Shown: positions 1-10,642 of the stretch, in pieces | Position numbering within the stretch: the stretch's first letter is position 1 | Layout of the letters: every line of letters begins with the position of its first letter | Assembly: GCA_043805105.1 (NCBI GenBank) | Contig: JAZDIG010000253.1 | Coordinates: forward strand, 1 to 43,750 | From: Candidatus Glassbacteria bacterium | GTDB lineage: Bacteria; Gemmatimonadota; Glassbacteria; GWA2-58-10 | Length of the DNA stretch: 43,750 bases | Direction of reading: 5' to 3' | Made by a program: the position numbers and the translations under genes | Notes under the pieces: generated by a model | The model's database searches: none | What the model was told of the DNA's origin: nothing | Seen by the model: the letters and a program-made list of their open reading frames with translations, nothing else

Positions 1-1
1 T

Positions 2-1561
2 GCCGGACTGGAGTTCTATCAGCGAGATTCGGTTTTCTTCGGTCAGGTTCTCCGGCATTTTCGATACAATGTGGAACGTATGATCTCAGCCTGCAGAATG
101 GCTGGTATTCCGGTTCTTTTTTGCGAGCCGGTGGATAATATCAAGGATTTTTCCCCTTTTAAAAGTATGCCCTCGGCCAAACTCTCCGTCGAGGAAAGAT
201 ACGTGTTTCAAAGGCTGGTCGCCGAAGGAAAGTCACTGCTGGAGAGCAGCAGCCCCCAAAAGGCCATCGCGAAGTTCGAACAGACCTTGAAAAAAGATGA
301 ATCGGGAGCGGAAGTTCATTTCTTTCTGGGGAAAGCTTTACTTGAGACCGGTGACACCGTTCGTGCCGGAAGGGAATTTGTGGCGGCTCGCGAGCTCGAC
401 ATCTGCCCTCTACGCGCCCAGGAACCAATTCACCGGATTTTGCAGGAAACAACCGCAAGGGAGAATGTAGACCTTCTTGCCCTCCCGGAACTTTTCAAGC
501 TGAGGTCCGCTGGAGGCCTGATCGGCAACGAGCTTCTGCTGGATCATATCCATCCTTCACCGGAAGGCAATTTGCTGATAGCTCGTCAAATCGCCTTATG
601 GATAGAGCGGCAGCAGTTCATAGAAGGATTCGAGACCGCCGGGAACAAGGATATCGAAAAGCTTTACACTGAGGAAATGTCCAGGCTGGATGCGGATTAT
701 TTCAGTACCGGTCTGCTGAACCTGGCCAAGGTTCTTGTCTGGTCGAAGAAAATCAGGGAAGCCTATTCCATACTCAGTGCAAACCCGGGAATCGTCGAAA
801 GAATTGGAGAAGCCCGCTACCTGATGGGAGCCATCCAAGAGCAACTTGGCGACCGGGAAAAAGCAATCCACTATTACCGTGCGGCTCTGCAACTGATGCC
901 CGACCATAAAAACAGTATGACTTTTCTGGCCGGGCTCTACGAAACTACGGGGAGATTTGCAGAGGCTGAATCGACTTATCAGAATGCCCTTGAAAGTTAC
1001 CCCCACGATATCTATCTGCTTTGTAATTTTGCCATCATGCTGGCCCATCAGAGAAGATTCGGTGAAGCGACGCAGTATTTCAGCCGAGCTCTCTCCCGGG
1101 CTCCGCAATCGCCCACAGTCAACAATAATTTTGGCTTGCTCTATTTATTGAAAAAGGATTTTCCCGAGGCGATCGGCTTCTTCAAGAATACCCTCGCTAT
1201 CGATTCCCGCAATCAAAAGGCGCATAATTTATTAGGGTTGACTTATTTATTGATCGATAAGCCGGTGGAAGCGGAAAAGCATTTGACAGAAGCAACGCGA
1301 TTGAATCCGGAAGATGCTTCCTCCCGTGCCAACCTCGGTCACCTTTACCGCCAGACCGGCCGGATGAGCCAAGCCGAGGAGCAATACCGGCTGACTCTTT
1401 TCTTCGACCAATCCAAACCGGATAATTTCCTGAATCTGGCTCTCATCTACCGTGACATGGGTAACAAAGAATCAGCTGTAAAAGCCGCTCTGGCAGGCCT
1501 TGAACGTTTCCCCGAAGACCAGCAGCTGGTCAGATTGCGTTTGTCACTCGACGGTAAGTAA
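2..1561 (+). CDS. SGNH-hydrolase-like / TPR-repeat protein (5' partial)
   Basis: The frame of the 71..1561 ORF has no stop back to nt 2, so the true N-terminus lies outside the window. 'LLLDHIHPSPEGNLLIARQIA' resembles SGNH/GDSL block V. The C-terminal ~280 aa are repeated TPR-like 34-aa units (A..Y..AL...P pattern). Confidence 0.7.
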   Translation, partial: AGLEFYQRDSVFFGQVLRHFRYNVERMISACRMAGIPVLFCEPVDNIKDFSPFKSMPSAKLSVEERYVFQRLVAEGKSLLESSSPQKAIAKFEQTLKKDESGAEVHFFLGKALLETGDTVRAGREFVAARELDICPLRAQEPIHRILQETTARENVDLLALPELFKLRSAGGLIGNELLLDHIHPSPEGNLLIARQIALWIERQQFIEGFETAGNKDIEKLYTEEMSRLDADYFSTGLLNLAKVLVWSKKIREAYSILSANPGIVERIGEARYLMGAIQEQLGDREKAIHYYRAALQLMPDHKNSMTFLAGLYETTGRFAEAESTYQNALESYPHDIYLLCNFAIMLAHQRRFGEATQYFSRALSRAPQSPTVNNNFGLLYLLKKDFPEAIGFFKNTLAIDSRNQKAHNLLGLTYLLIDKPVEAEKHLTEATRLNPEDASSRANLGHLYRQTGRMSQAEEQYRLTLFFDQSKPDNFLNLALIYRDMGNKESAVKAALAGLERFPEDQQLVRLRLSLDGK

Positions 1562-1813
1562 CAGCCTGTGCTTTTGATTCCCCCGGGAAAGCCTGTGGCT
1601 AATAAGGATTGAATGCAGGACGGATCGAGCGTCACCTCGAATTTCGCCGTTCAAAAGGGGATAACTGGAAATTTTTTATTGAAATAAGGTTTTGAATCGG
1701 ATAGCATTCAATAAGCATCAACGGTACGATTACAGATTATTGTATATTTTATAAACTCTCCGGATCCGGCGCCTCTTTCAGTTTTTCATATTCACTTAAT
1801 CAAAACACCGCAA

Positions 1814-3205
1814 ATGTCTCAATCGACACTGAGGATTAATTTTCGCGGCGGAACCTATGTAAGCGTAATACCAATTGCGACCTTCATCCTCCTCACCATT
1901 GTACTGGTGATAACCGGAGAAGCAGGGGTTAAAAGCATGATCATAGCCGCCATGTTCGGCATCTCTCTTGGCATGCCATTCGCAACGAACGTGGCGGATT
2001 ACAATGAAAAAGTTTTTGCGTTGATGGCGAATAGTGTCGCCGGCGTCGCCGTTATCTGCTGGCTCTGGACCGGAGCGTTTTCGGGAATACTCGCGGACTC
2101 CGGTCTGGTCGAGGCGATAGTCTGGCTGGGATGGAAAGCCAACATCGGCGGGGAGCTGTTCATCCTGGCCGTTTTTATTCTATCTTCGCTGTTTGCAGTT
2201 TCTGTCGGCAGCGCTTTTGCGACAGTCGTCGGTTTTACGACAGTCATGTATCCCGCGGGCATTCTCCTTGGCGCTCCTCCCGGGCCCCTGGTGGGTGCCA
2301 TCTTAAGCGGAGCTGCATTCGGTGACAATCTGGCGCCGGTTTCTGATACGACCATATTATCCGCCGCGACTCAGGAAACAGATGTCGGCGGCGTAGTACG
2401 CTCAAGATTAAAATATTCCCTGACTGCCGCAGTTATTTCTGGTTTCCTTTTCTACATTTTTGGAGGAGGCGCTTCGACAATCGATCCGCTCAAAGCCGGT
2501 CAACTGCTTTCGGAGATTGCCGATCCGGCCGGCCTGCCGATGTTCATCCCGGCCGTGATAGTATTCGTCACTGCCATACGCGGATATCATTTTCTGCTGG
2601 CAATAAATTTAGGCATCGCCTCGGCGCTGATAATCGGAAACTATACCGGCGTTTTCCCTTTCGGAAAAGTTTTTTCCTTCTCGAGTGATAATTCGTTTGG
2701 CGGGTGTGCAGTAAATGGGGTAATGGCGGTGCTTCCGATTTCGATTCTCGCTCTATTACTTGTCACCGTGAACGGATTGATGGAAGCTGGCGGCTTTTTC
2801 GACCGGTTATTAGTCACACTCGACCGGATCGCGGTCAAGTCCGTACGAAGAGCGGAAACCGCAATCGTCGTTTTAGTGTCGCTGGGGAATCTGTGCGTCC
2901 CCGGTAATACGTCTGCCATGGTAACCACCGGTCCGCTGGTCAATCAGATTAGAAAAAGACATGGAATACATCAATATAGAAGTGCGAACCTCATGGATTG
3001 TATCTCTTGTTCATTCCCCTTCCTCCTGCCTTATGCAACGGTTATTATCGTTGCAATAGCGGTGCAAAAAGAACTGCAGATCCGGTACGGGTTCATTCCC
3101 GTCTTATCCTGGTCCGATATCTGGCCGTATGTCTATTACGGGATCGTGCTTTTCCCGCTGATGATTGTATCGGTAATAACCGGTATTGGCAGAAGTAAGG
3201 GTTAG
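1814..3205 (+). CDS. NhaC-family Na+/H+ antiporter-like membrane transporter
   Basis: 463 aa with many hydrophobic spans. 'GAAFGDNLAPVSDTTILSAA' resembles the conserved NhaC-family motif (GD..SP.SDTT.LS). Confidence 0.6.
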   Translation: MSQSTLRINFRGGTYVSVIPIATFILLTIVLVITGEAGVKSMIIAAMFGISLGMPFATNVADYNEKVFALMANSVAGVAVICWLWTGAFSGILADSGLVEAIVWLGWKANIGGELFILAVFILSSLFAVSVGSAFATVVGFTTVMYPAGILLGAPPGPLVGAILSGAAFGDNLAPVSDTTILSAATQETDVGGVVRSRLKYSLTAAVISGFLFYIFGGGASTIDPLKAGQLLSEIADPAGLPMFIPAVIVFVTAIRGYHFLLAINLGIASALIIGNYTGVFPFGKVFSFSSDNSFGGCAVNGVMAVLPISILALLLVTVNGLMEAGGFFDRLLVTLDRIAVKSVRRAETAIVVLVSLGNLCVPGNTSAMVTTGPLVNQIRKRHGIHQYRSANLMDCISCSFPFLLPYATVIIVAIAVQKELQIRYGFIPVLSWSDIWPYVYYGIVLFPLMIVSVITGIGRSKG

Positions 3206-3264
3206 GCCGGCCTGGAACTTCGAGCCGAGATAGCTCCCGCCGTCCAATAATTGACCGATTCCGG

Positions 3265-4185
3265 TCAGGATACCCAGGGCCGTTCCCTCTGGATATCGCT
3301 GGAGAGGATCTCTTTTACCAGGGCGACATCGTCTCTGACCTGCCAATCGAACATTCCTACGGCGATAAAATCGGCTCCTTTTTCGAAGGCCTGGATGAAG
3401 CCTTTCTCCGGTTTATCCCTGCCCGCTCCCAGGACTTTGAAGGCAATCCAGGGTCTGGTTACCGTCTTCATGAATGCCTGTATCTCTTCGGGATCGCTTG
3501 TCTGGTATCCCACCGCGTTTACAGTATACATGTAATAATCGGGGGCCAATCCGGCTTTTTCACAGGCTTTGATCGTCTCCAGGCGATGACCGCCGACTCC
3601 TGAGAAAATGCCGGTTTTTTTCATGCCTTCCAGGACTTTGCCGACCTCTTCGATCTTGCCTGACTGCACCAGCCTGTCACTCACGCCGCCATGGAGATAG
3701 ATTGCGTAAGCTCCGTTATCCCGGGCCATTTTGGCGTTTTCGACCGGGTCGCCCTGTTCGGGGGCGGACTGAGCGAACCAATGCAGCCGGCCCCCGTTCT
3801 TGAGGTAAATCTTGTAGTTTTTTACAATGTGTGAATCAGCCCTCATCAGGCTGGCGTTGATCCCGTTCTGCTCGGCGATGGCCCAGGTTTCCCGGATTTT
3901 TTCATCGGTGAAATAGTGAGTCATCAATGCGGACTGGTAGAGCAGGTCGCCGGCGTGGGCGGAGCCGCTGATCAGGTTCCCCCCGATAATGAGCCGTGAT
4001 ACTTCCAGCTTGCCGAACTTGCCTTTCTGCAAGCCGCTCACCGGTTCCTGAACCTTGTCATATTCCGACCTGTCGACCAATTGAGCAAACAGGGCCTGAT
4101 GCTCGAAGCTCAGTCCGGCCAGCACACTGGCGGAGATGCCGATTGAACTTTTCATGAACCGACGGCGGTCAGGATTCTCGCGCAT
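3265..4185 (-). CDS. Tat-signal secreted protein, function unknown
   Basis: 306-aa ORF with an ATG start. The N-terminal twin-arginine signal is 'DRRRFMKSSIGISASVLAG'. No family recognised. Confidence 0.6.
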   Translation of the reverse strand: MRENPDRRRFMKSSIGISASVLAGLSFEHQALFAQLVDRSEYDKVQEPVSGLQKGKFGKLEVSRLIIGGNLISGSAHAGDLLYQSALMTHYFTDEKIRETWAIAEQNGINASLMRADSHIVKNYKIYLKNGGRLHWFAQSAPEQGDPVENAKMARDNGAYAIYLHGGVSDRLVQSGKIEEVGKVLEGMKKTGIFSGVGGHRLETIKACEKAGLAPDYYMYTVNAVGYQTSDPEEIQAFMKTVTRPWIAFKVLGAGRDKPEKGFIQAFEKGADFIAVGMFDWQVRDDVALVKEILSSDIQRERPWVS

Positions 4186-4376
4186 AGATTCTTAACTCCT
4201 TATAAATTTTTGCCTTTAAGTTTACTTCAGGCCTGTTCCTATCTGACAATCTTCCGGGAAAGCGTTTTTGAAAAGAATTCGTCTTCCTTCACCTGGGAAA
4301 TCGATCATTACAATAACCTTTATCCGTCTTCCTGAATTGAAGTTCGGATATTATTCCTGGAACACTCCCATTTCTG

Positions 4377-5900
4377 TTATCTGGAAACCAGCAGCCTCAG
4401 CAGTTCCGGCAGATCGCATGTGTTAACTTTGTTGTCATAGTTGAGATCTGCAGCCCAATCCCCGGCGGCTTGCCTGGCGATGGCTTTCAACATGAGCAAC
4501 AGATCATTGAGGCTGCATTTGCCATCGTTGTCCAGATCGCCTTTCATCGGTAGACCGCCCCGGCGTTCGACGAGTTCGTGGGCCAGCCGGTTGCAATAGT
4601 CTTCGATGGCTGTGTACCCGGAATCCATGACCGTGTTGTAATCACTGCTGTCCCGACTGTTCAGCCCCTTTGCCCGTTCCCAGGAATCGGGCAGGCCATC
4701 GTTGTCACCGTCAAGGGAGCGGGGGTGAGGCGCAAGCCCGCTCATGAGGTTTCCCGGATCGTGACGCCCCCACGAGCCGCCCCTCGTTCTGACCTCTTCA
4801 ATGGTGCGGCGGGAAACCGTATCGCGGGGGAAGCAGCCGGCCTGATCCAGAACCAGGTCGTAGGCTTCCTGGGGCCGGTGCGTGGTTACGCAAGGAACAT
4901 CGTACTCCCGTTCCGCTTTAACACCCTTGCCGGCATAATATTTCAGGCCGTAGAGACTGTCCGCTTCGGCCCAGGGGTCCTGAATCATCCCGGAATAGGT
5001 TTGAGGCGGGCCTTCAATATAATTGTCTCGAAGATAATATGATACGTCGGGCACGAAGCAGAAAGGGAAAATATTGTTATCGCTGGGACCTGCCTTGTAA
5101 TAGTTGGCGATTATATTGAAGCCGAGGTTGTTCGGGACGTGTCCTTCGTGGGATAAGCCGTCCCGGAAGTCGTAAACCAGAATGTTGCGGATATCGGAGG
5201 GCCCGTGGGCGATGGCGGGACAGCGGCGCCGGTGATGGGCAAATAGGGTATGGTGCAGCGAAATCCTCCCTCCCCCCGGGCCGTTTATCATCCCAAAATT
5301 GTGCGCTACCCGCTTGGAATGTCCAGTGCTGTCCGATTCCTCGATCGCGCACCATTGAATGGTGACGTCGTGGGCATTGTAAATATCGATTGTTTCATCG
5401 TTCGCCCAGGCGGCGGAGACGTGATCGATGACGCAATTCTCGACTCTGGAAAACTGTATGGCGTCCCCGCTGGCCCCGGTGGTAGGGTCCGGCCGTACGC
5501 GCAGGAAGCGTACAACGATATCCTGGTACCTTTTCTCGCCGTACCTGGTCAAAAGCTTGCCCTGAATGGTGATTCCCGCGCCGGGAGCGGTCTGTCCCAT
5601 GATCGATATCTGCCCATGCTCGATAACCACGTCTCCCCGGATTACACCGCTGGTGTCGAAAACCACTATCCTGGGTCCCTCCGCCTGGCAGGCCTCCTGG
5701 AGACTGCCCGGCCCGCTCGGCTGAAGATTGGTGACCTTTATTACGCGGCCGCCTCTGCCGCCCGCAGCAGCCGCGCCGAAACCCTCCGCTCCCGGAAAGG
5801 CGGGTAGAGCCGCAGGTGGATCGTCTGCACCGGCGACGCCGCTTCTAACCATTGAGATAAAAAAGGTAACAAGCAGTAAGAGTGCTCCGATTCTATTCAC
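4377..5900 (-). CDS. Pectate lyase (PL1-like) with C-terminal dockerin-like repeats
   Basis: GTG start plus a signal peptide. 'FPGAEGFGAAAAGGRGGRVIKVTNL..GPGSLQEA....PRIVVFDTSGVI' is the typical pectate-lyase N-terminal signature. The C-terminus has 'DLDNDGKCSLNDLLLML' and 'DLNYDNKVNTCDLPELL', which are dockerin-type Ca-binding repeats. Confidence 0.75.
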   Translation of the reverse strand: MNRIGALLLLVTFFISMVRSGVAGADDPPAALPAFPGAEGFGAAAAGGRGGRVIKVTNLQPSGPGSLQEACQAEGPRIVVFDTSGVIRGDVVIEHGQISIMGQTAPGAGITIQGKLLTRYGEKRYQDIVVRFLRVRPDPTTGASGDAIQFSRVENCVIDHVSAAWANDETIDIYNAHDVTIQWCAIEESDSTGHSKRVAHNFGMINGPGGGRISLHHTLFAHHRRRCPAIAHGPSDIRNILVYDFRDGLSHEGHVPNNLGFNIIANYYKAGPSDNNIFPFCFVPDVSYYLRDNYIEGPPQTYSGMIQDPWAEADSLYGLKYYAGKGVKAEREYDVPCVTTHRPQEAYDLVLDQAGCFPRDTVSRRTIEEVRTRGGSWGRHDPGNLMSGLAPHPRSLDGDNDGLPDSWERAKGLNSRDSSDYNTVMDSGYTAIEDYCNRLAHELVERRGGLPMKGDLDNDGKCSLNDLLLMLKAIARQAAGDWAADLNYDNKVNTCDLPELLRLLVSR

Positions 5901-6059
5901 AATTCAGCCTTTCCTGGATGCAGATCTATCGATTGATTGGGTAGTAAGGGGAAATGCCGCTGGTGTATAAAGGATTCAACGACTGATTCTGATAGGTTCC
6001 CGGCCCCCGTCGGGGGGGCCGGGAACCCGATAATGATCCGCAGAGTCCGATCCCGTTAA

Positions 6060-7271
6060 CTAAAAACCGAAGCTAAGGGTGAAAAAGTTATCTGCGGATA
6101 ATCTGCCCTTGTTCCTGTAAGCATAACTGAACCGGATGTGCATATTGTCGATCTGACGCTGTATTCCGCCGCCGAAACTGAGCCCGCGCCAGGTGGGGTC
6201 ATCCCCGAGATAATCGAATCCGGATTGATCCATCCCCTCGGTGTACTCGTCCTGCTGTATCTGCCAGCCCATGCGCAGGGCACCGGAAATGAACGGGGTG
6301 AAATTGTAGTTCAGCTCCGTGCCCGTCGAGTATGCGATCGGAATGTAGCTGGGCCGCCAGAATTCGCCGGAGACCAGCCAGTTGACCTTCTCGCTGGTAT
6401 ATAGATTGTAGGCCAGGGCGATCTTCAGCAGGGTCGGCAGGCGGTAGGTATGGGTCTGCCGGTAAGCCAGGCGGTTATTTCTTTTCGAAAACTGCTGGTT
6501 GTCCTGTGACCAGTCCCTGTATCCGGTCGGGACGTTTCCACTCCTGTCCTCAGGCCCGATCTCTTCCAGCAGGTTGGAGCCCTCCATGGTGACATTGGTG
6601 CCCAGGTTCTGGATGTTGAAGGAGAACCTGACTTCCCTGTCCACCAGCTCGGTATGATAAATCACACCTGCATCAACGGCAAAAGCGTTGCCGCTCAAAT
6701 TGTTCCACATATCCTGGTGGACGTATTTCAGGTTCAGCCCGCCGATGAAACGGTCCGAAAGGTTATAGGCAAATGATCCGCCTACCTGAAAATCGTAGGC
6801 GTTATAATAATCGCCGGTTCCTTCCGGTGTCGCAATGGTGGTTATCTCGATATCCGGGACATCGAGATAACCGAAGAAGCCGCCCAGAACGACGCTGCCA
6901 TCGCCGATTGGTGTGGCGAAAGCCCCGTAGCTGTAAGTCAGATCGAGAGTATAATCCACCAGGGTCAGCATGACTTCCCGGTTCTGGATAAAACCCAGTC
7001 CGGCCGGGTTCCACCAGATCGAGGAGATGTCGTCGGCCACAGCCGAATAGGCGCTGCCCATGGCGATACCGCGCGCGCCGACAGGAATCGTGAGAAACTC
7101 GGCCGCCCGTACGCCCACAAAAGAGGCGTCGCTCGGCCGGCCGGCGGTAAGATACTTGTCCAGTCCGGTATAATCCTGGCGGGCGGTTCCCTGGGCCATC
7201 ACCGGCACGATGGTCCATGCCAGGAGGGTGAGAACCAGGGCCGGGACTCTTGAAAAGTTCTTTATCAACAT
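6060..7271 (-). CDS. PorV-like outer-membrane beta-barrel protein
   Basis: 403 aa with a signal peptide, an alternating beta-strand pattern and a C-terminal aromatic 'TLSFGF'. 'GARGIAMGSAYSAVADDISSIWWNPAGLG' resembles PorV/LptO-type barrels. It lies directly downstream of a CTD-bearing protein. Confidence 0.5.
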   Translation of the reverse strand: MLIKNFSRVPALVLTLLAWTIVPVMAQGTARQDYTGLDKYLTAGRPSDASFVGVRAAEFLTIPVGARGIAMGSAYSAVADDISSIWWNPAGLGFIQNREVMLTLVDYTLDLTYSYGAFATPIGDGSVVLGGFFGYLDVPDIEITTIATPEGTGDYYNAYDFQVGGSFAYNLSDRFIGGLNLKYVHQDMWNNLSGNAFAVDAGVIYHTELVDREVRFSFNIQNLGTNVTMEGSNLLEEIGPEDRSGNVPTGYRDWSQDNQQFSKRNNRLAYRQTHTYRLPTLLKIALAYNLYTSEKVNWLVSGEFWRPSYIPIAYSTGTELNYNFTPFISGALRMGWQIQQDEYTEGMDQSGFDYLGDDPTWRGLSFGGGIQRQIDNMHIRFSYAYRNKGRLSADNFFTLSFGF

Positions 7272-7333
7272 ACAATGCCTCCGTTATTCAATGTGAGAGG
7301 TACCGGTATCGGTAAAGCTCTATTGCCAGGCAA

Positions 7334-10300
7334 TCAGTTGATGATATAGAACTTGCCGGTATGCGCCTGTCCCCCCTCACCGGTGACATGGAAGAAGTAA
7401 AGTCCGCTGGCCACAGTCTGCCCGAAGCGGTTGCGCAGGTTCCAGGGCTCCGTTCCACTGTGGTTGTCGTAACCGGTGAATTCTCTCGGCTGATTGTCCG
7501 TCAGCCTGTCCCAGTCCGTGTAGTTTCCCCAGCCCTGGCGGCTGGCGCCGATATGGTTCAGCACGTTAACCAGGTTGCCGCCGAGCGAATAGATGCGGAT
7601 GGTGCAGCGGCTCGGCAGGTTGATGAATTCGATGCGCCGGTTGTTGGGCGACAGATCGAGGTAAGAGGAAGCAACATACGGATTGGGAACCACGCGGACT
7701 TTCGAAATCTGCACATCCTCTTCATTGAGCGTGGTCGGGGTGATCCTGAACTCCCAACTGTCACCGGGAAACGGAGGACCCGGTTCCTGGAAAAATACTG
7801 TCCTGTCGCTGTTCCAGGTGCCGAAAGCCATGTCGACGGTGAAAACGGCGCCGGCTGAAGGCATCCCGCTGATAACACTGTTGGTGCCGTACATGACCCA
7901 GAGGACGCCGTTGACCCAGATCCCGAACTCCTGGGTATTATCCGCCGGGAGAGTATTGACCATCTTGGCGGTGCGCTCGCTGAACGGCTTGTTTGCGAGC
8001 ATGTCATTGTACAAATTGCCCGGGCCGGTCCAAGCGTTGCCGAAAGCGGCAAGCGTTACGAAGCCCCAGCCATAGCCCGCATCGGGATACTCTACGAATG
8101 GCAGCGTATAGCCCCTGGTCTGGTCGACCACGTCGAGAGTCAGGCCGGCTTTCCAGGTCAGGGTGAAGCGCCCGTCGCGGAATTGTACCGGGATCGCAGG
8201 TGGAGCGCCTCCGCCCCAGGCATCACCGGACTGATTGCTGTCCAGGACCGGATTGGCGCCGGAATAGCCGCCAGTGTCAAAAGTCTTGAAAATTTTACTT
8301 CTGAAATCGCCGTTCGACATGTAGTCGAAACTGGCGGAGAGTGCATAGGATATGCCGTCGTCATCCACCGGCCCGCTGAATACCGTCGAGAAATTGAAGG
8401 CCCCGTTGCGGGCGCGGACTATCCCTGTCGGCGATTCCTGTACCGGAGTGGAGCCTTCGGTCAGCTTGAACACGGCTTCACTCTGATTGTTGGCTGTCCC
8501 AAAGCCTCTGAGGTTGCTCGTCACGTCGACGTGCAGCGTCTTAGGCGAGGTGATTCTCTCCGGGTTCACCGGCTCGAACTCGAAGTTGGCAATCGGTTTC
8601 AGATAGATCGGCGCTTCAGCCAGGGTGCCGTTGCCGTTTCCCCGGAGCTGATACTGGGTGAGGAATACCGGATCGCTACCTGCGAAAGGATGGAAAATGG
8701 CCTCGCCGTCCAGGCCGGCGCATTTGAAATCTGAGGCATTGCTGCGGGGCACTACCGTGTAGATGCTTTCGCCCGGCCTGTTCCAAGTCTTCGCGCTTTC
8801 AGGAAGCGGAAGACTGAACGATGTTCCCGAGACCACGTCGTAGTTTTTGTCGTATGGCACCACGGCATACCAGACCTTCATACCGTTGCGCATACGGCGC
8901 AGAGGATAGTCATCGTCGAGCTTATCGACGTAGTGGAATTGGAGGTTGCGGGTGGTGCGGTTGAAATCGGCCAGCAGCTCCGAGTGAGTGTCGTTGGGCC
9001 CAACGAAGCTCCGGTACACCCGGTAACCTTCGAAATCATATTCCTTGTAGCGGCCGTCGTGATCGAGTTCGTTATCCTGCAGGAAATAGTAGTAATGATC
9101 CGGGGTATTGACGTTGATGTCACCCCAGGTGATCGAAACCTGCCTGTCTCCCGGAATAATGGTCAGGGCGGGCGGCTGGGGTGTTTCCGGCAGCATATAG
9201 CCGCCGTTGTATACGATCCTCGCTACCTCCGCGTACCGCTCCGCCGGCGCCAGGCCTTGCTGGATGACCTGGGCATCTATGTTGGCGGCATCCAGCGGCG
9301 GCGGCGTAAAGGGAATAATCGCCGGGTAGACGAAATACATGACGTAGTCGAATTCGTAGGATTCCCTGGGCGCCACGTCGTGCAGCTCGCCGTAGCATCT
9401 ATCGGTGATCCACGGTCCGCCGCCGCCCCAGACCCACTGGTTGTACCTGGTGTCAGTGGGCTCCAGCTTGCCGGGCCAGGCGTTGTGATGCCTGCCGGTA
9501 AAGGGATTTATTACACCCTTCAAAAAATCTTCAGTATCCATGATGTTGCGGTACACTTTTGCCGGACTCTTCCCGCTCAGCGCCAACTGCAGCGATCCGC
9601 TGACTCCGAAACTGCCTCCCGCGGCATTGAAGTTGGTCAGCGTCATCGCTTCGCCGGTTTTGGTGTGGGTCGGCATTTTCAGCGGAGCGATACAGAAAAG
9701 GGCGTACTCCGGCGGATTCCATCTGGCCTGGGTGGGGCTCGTGTTGAACGTTACGTCAATATCCTTGGCGTAATGATATCCGAACAAATTATTCCAGGGA
9801 GAGGAACTGCCGCCCCAGGTAAAATAGCGCAACTGGTAGTAGGCCGCCGCGCCGATCCACGTCCAGCCGTCCGGCATAGCGGCTCCCATAGTCGCATAAG
9901 CCGGAGTTGCATTGTACTTGAGCAGCTCGGACATGTTGAAAGTCTCGGTTTCGACATAGACCATGTCGTTGCTTTCGCCGTAATTCAGGAAATAAAACGA
10001 GTTTTCCTGGTAGTACATTACCGGGTGGCCATAACCGTAAGTCCTTAACGCATCCCCGGTAGCGGTAAAAATAGTTTCGGCGCCGTGCCTGATGATTTCT
10101 CCCCCGGGGGAGCGTCCCTGCCGGCCGCCCACCGGCCAGTCGGTGAGGTCGTCGTCATCGAGGCTCGACCAGACCCGCCAGTGATTGATGTCAGCGGCGA
10201 TCGAGCCGGTGTTCTGCCCCGAGGCGAAGATAGCGGCGATTTCATCGACCGCTTCCGGGCCGCCCAGAAAGCCGTAGCAGTTTCTGCCGTCAGGTGGCAT

Positions 10301-10591
10301 CACCGTGTCTTCAGGCGCACCGTCGCCATTCAGGTCGCTCACCGCGCAGGGCATGAAGCCCATGGCGCCATGGCCCCAGGTGTTCCCGGAACCGGCCGGG
10401 AACATGTGCTTGGATTGCGTGGCAGTATAGTCATAATGGAAGGGGCCACAAGCGCCTGAAATGACGTGCACCTGCATGTTGTTGCCCTGACTTACCCTGG
10501 ACTGCAGCTTTTCGCCGGAGGCCTGGCTGGCCAGGCCGGCGACCAGGGCTGCAAGGGCAAAGAAGATTTTATAATATCTCAGTTGCAGCAT
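7334..10591 (-). CDS. Large secreted protein with T9SS-type C-terminal sorting domain
   Basis: 1085 aa with a signal peptide and an SD (GGGAG) before the ATG. The last ~90 aa, 'VVPNPY...IEFINLPSRCTIRIYSLGGNLVNVL...GLYFFHVTG..GQAHTGKFYIIN', look like a Por secretion tail / FlgD-Ig-like CTD. Confidence 0.6.
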   Translation of the reverse strand: MLQLRYYKIFFALAALVAGLASQASGEKLQSRVSQGNNMQVHVISGACGPFHYDYTATQSKHMFPAGSGNTWGHGAMGFMPCAVSDLNGDGAPEDTVMPPDGRNCYGFLGGPEAVDEIAAIFASGQNTGSIAADINHWRVWSSLDDDDLTDWPVGGRQGRSPGGEIIRHGAETIFTATGDALRTYGYGHPVMYYQENSFYFLNYGESNDMVYVETETFNMSELLKYNATPAYATMGAAMPDGWTWIGAAAYYQLRYFTWGGSSSPWNNLFGYHYAKDIDVTFNTSPTQARWNPPEYALFCIAPLKMPTHTKTGEAMTLTNFNAAGGSFGVSGSLQLALSGKSPAKVYRNIMDTEDFLKGVINPFTGRHHNAWPGKLEPTDTRYNQWVWGGGGPWITDRCYGELHDVAPRESYEFDYVMYFVYPAIIPFTPPPLDAANIDAQVIQQGLAPAERYAEVARIVYNGGYMLPETPQPPALTIIPGDRQVSITWGDINVNTPDHYYYFLQDNELDHDGRYKEYDFEGYRVYRSFVGPNDTHSELLADFNRTTRNLQFHYVDKLDDDYPLRRMRNGMKVWYAVVPYDKNYDVVSGTSFSLPLPESAKTWNRPGESIYTVVPRSNASDFKCAGLDGEAIFHPFAGSDPVFLTQYQLRGNGNGTLAEAPIYLKPIANFEFEPVNPERITSPKTLHVDVTSNLRGFGTANNQSEAVFKLTEGSTPVQESPTGIVRARNGAFNFSTVFSGPVDDDGISYALSASFDYMSNGDFRSKIFKTFDTGGYSGANPVLDSNQSGDAWGGGAPPAIPVQFRDGRFTLTWKAGLTLDVVDQTRGYTLPFVEYPDAGYGWGFVTLAAFGNAWTGPGNLYNDMLANKPFSERTAKMVNTLPADNTQEFGIWVNGVLWVMYGTNSVISGMPSAGAVFTVDMAFGTWNSDRTVFFQEPGPPFPGDSWEFRITPTTLNEEDVQISKVRVVPNPYVASSYLDLSPNNRRIEFINLPSRCTIRIYSLGGNLVNVLNHIGASRQGWGNYTDWDRLTDNQPREFTGYDNHSGTEPWNLRNRFGQTVASGLYFFHVTGEGGQAHTGKFYIIN

Positions 10592-10642
10592 ATAAATCTC
10601 CCGATTGAAGGAAATTAATCGCCGATATGAAAATATCGCTGT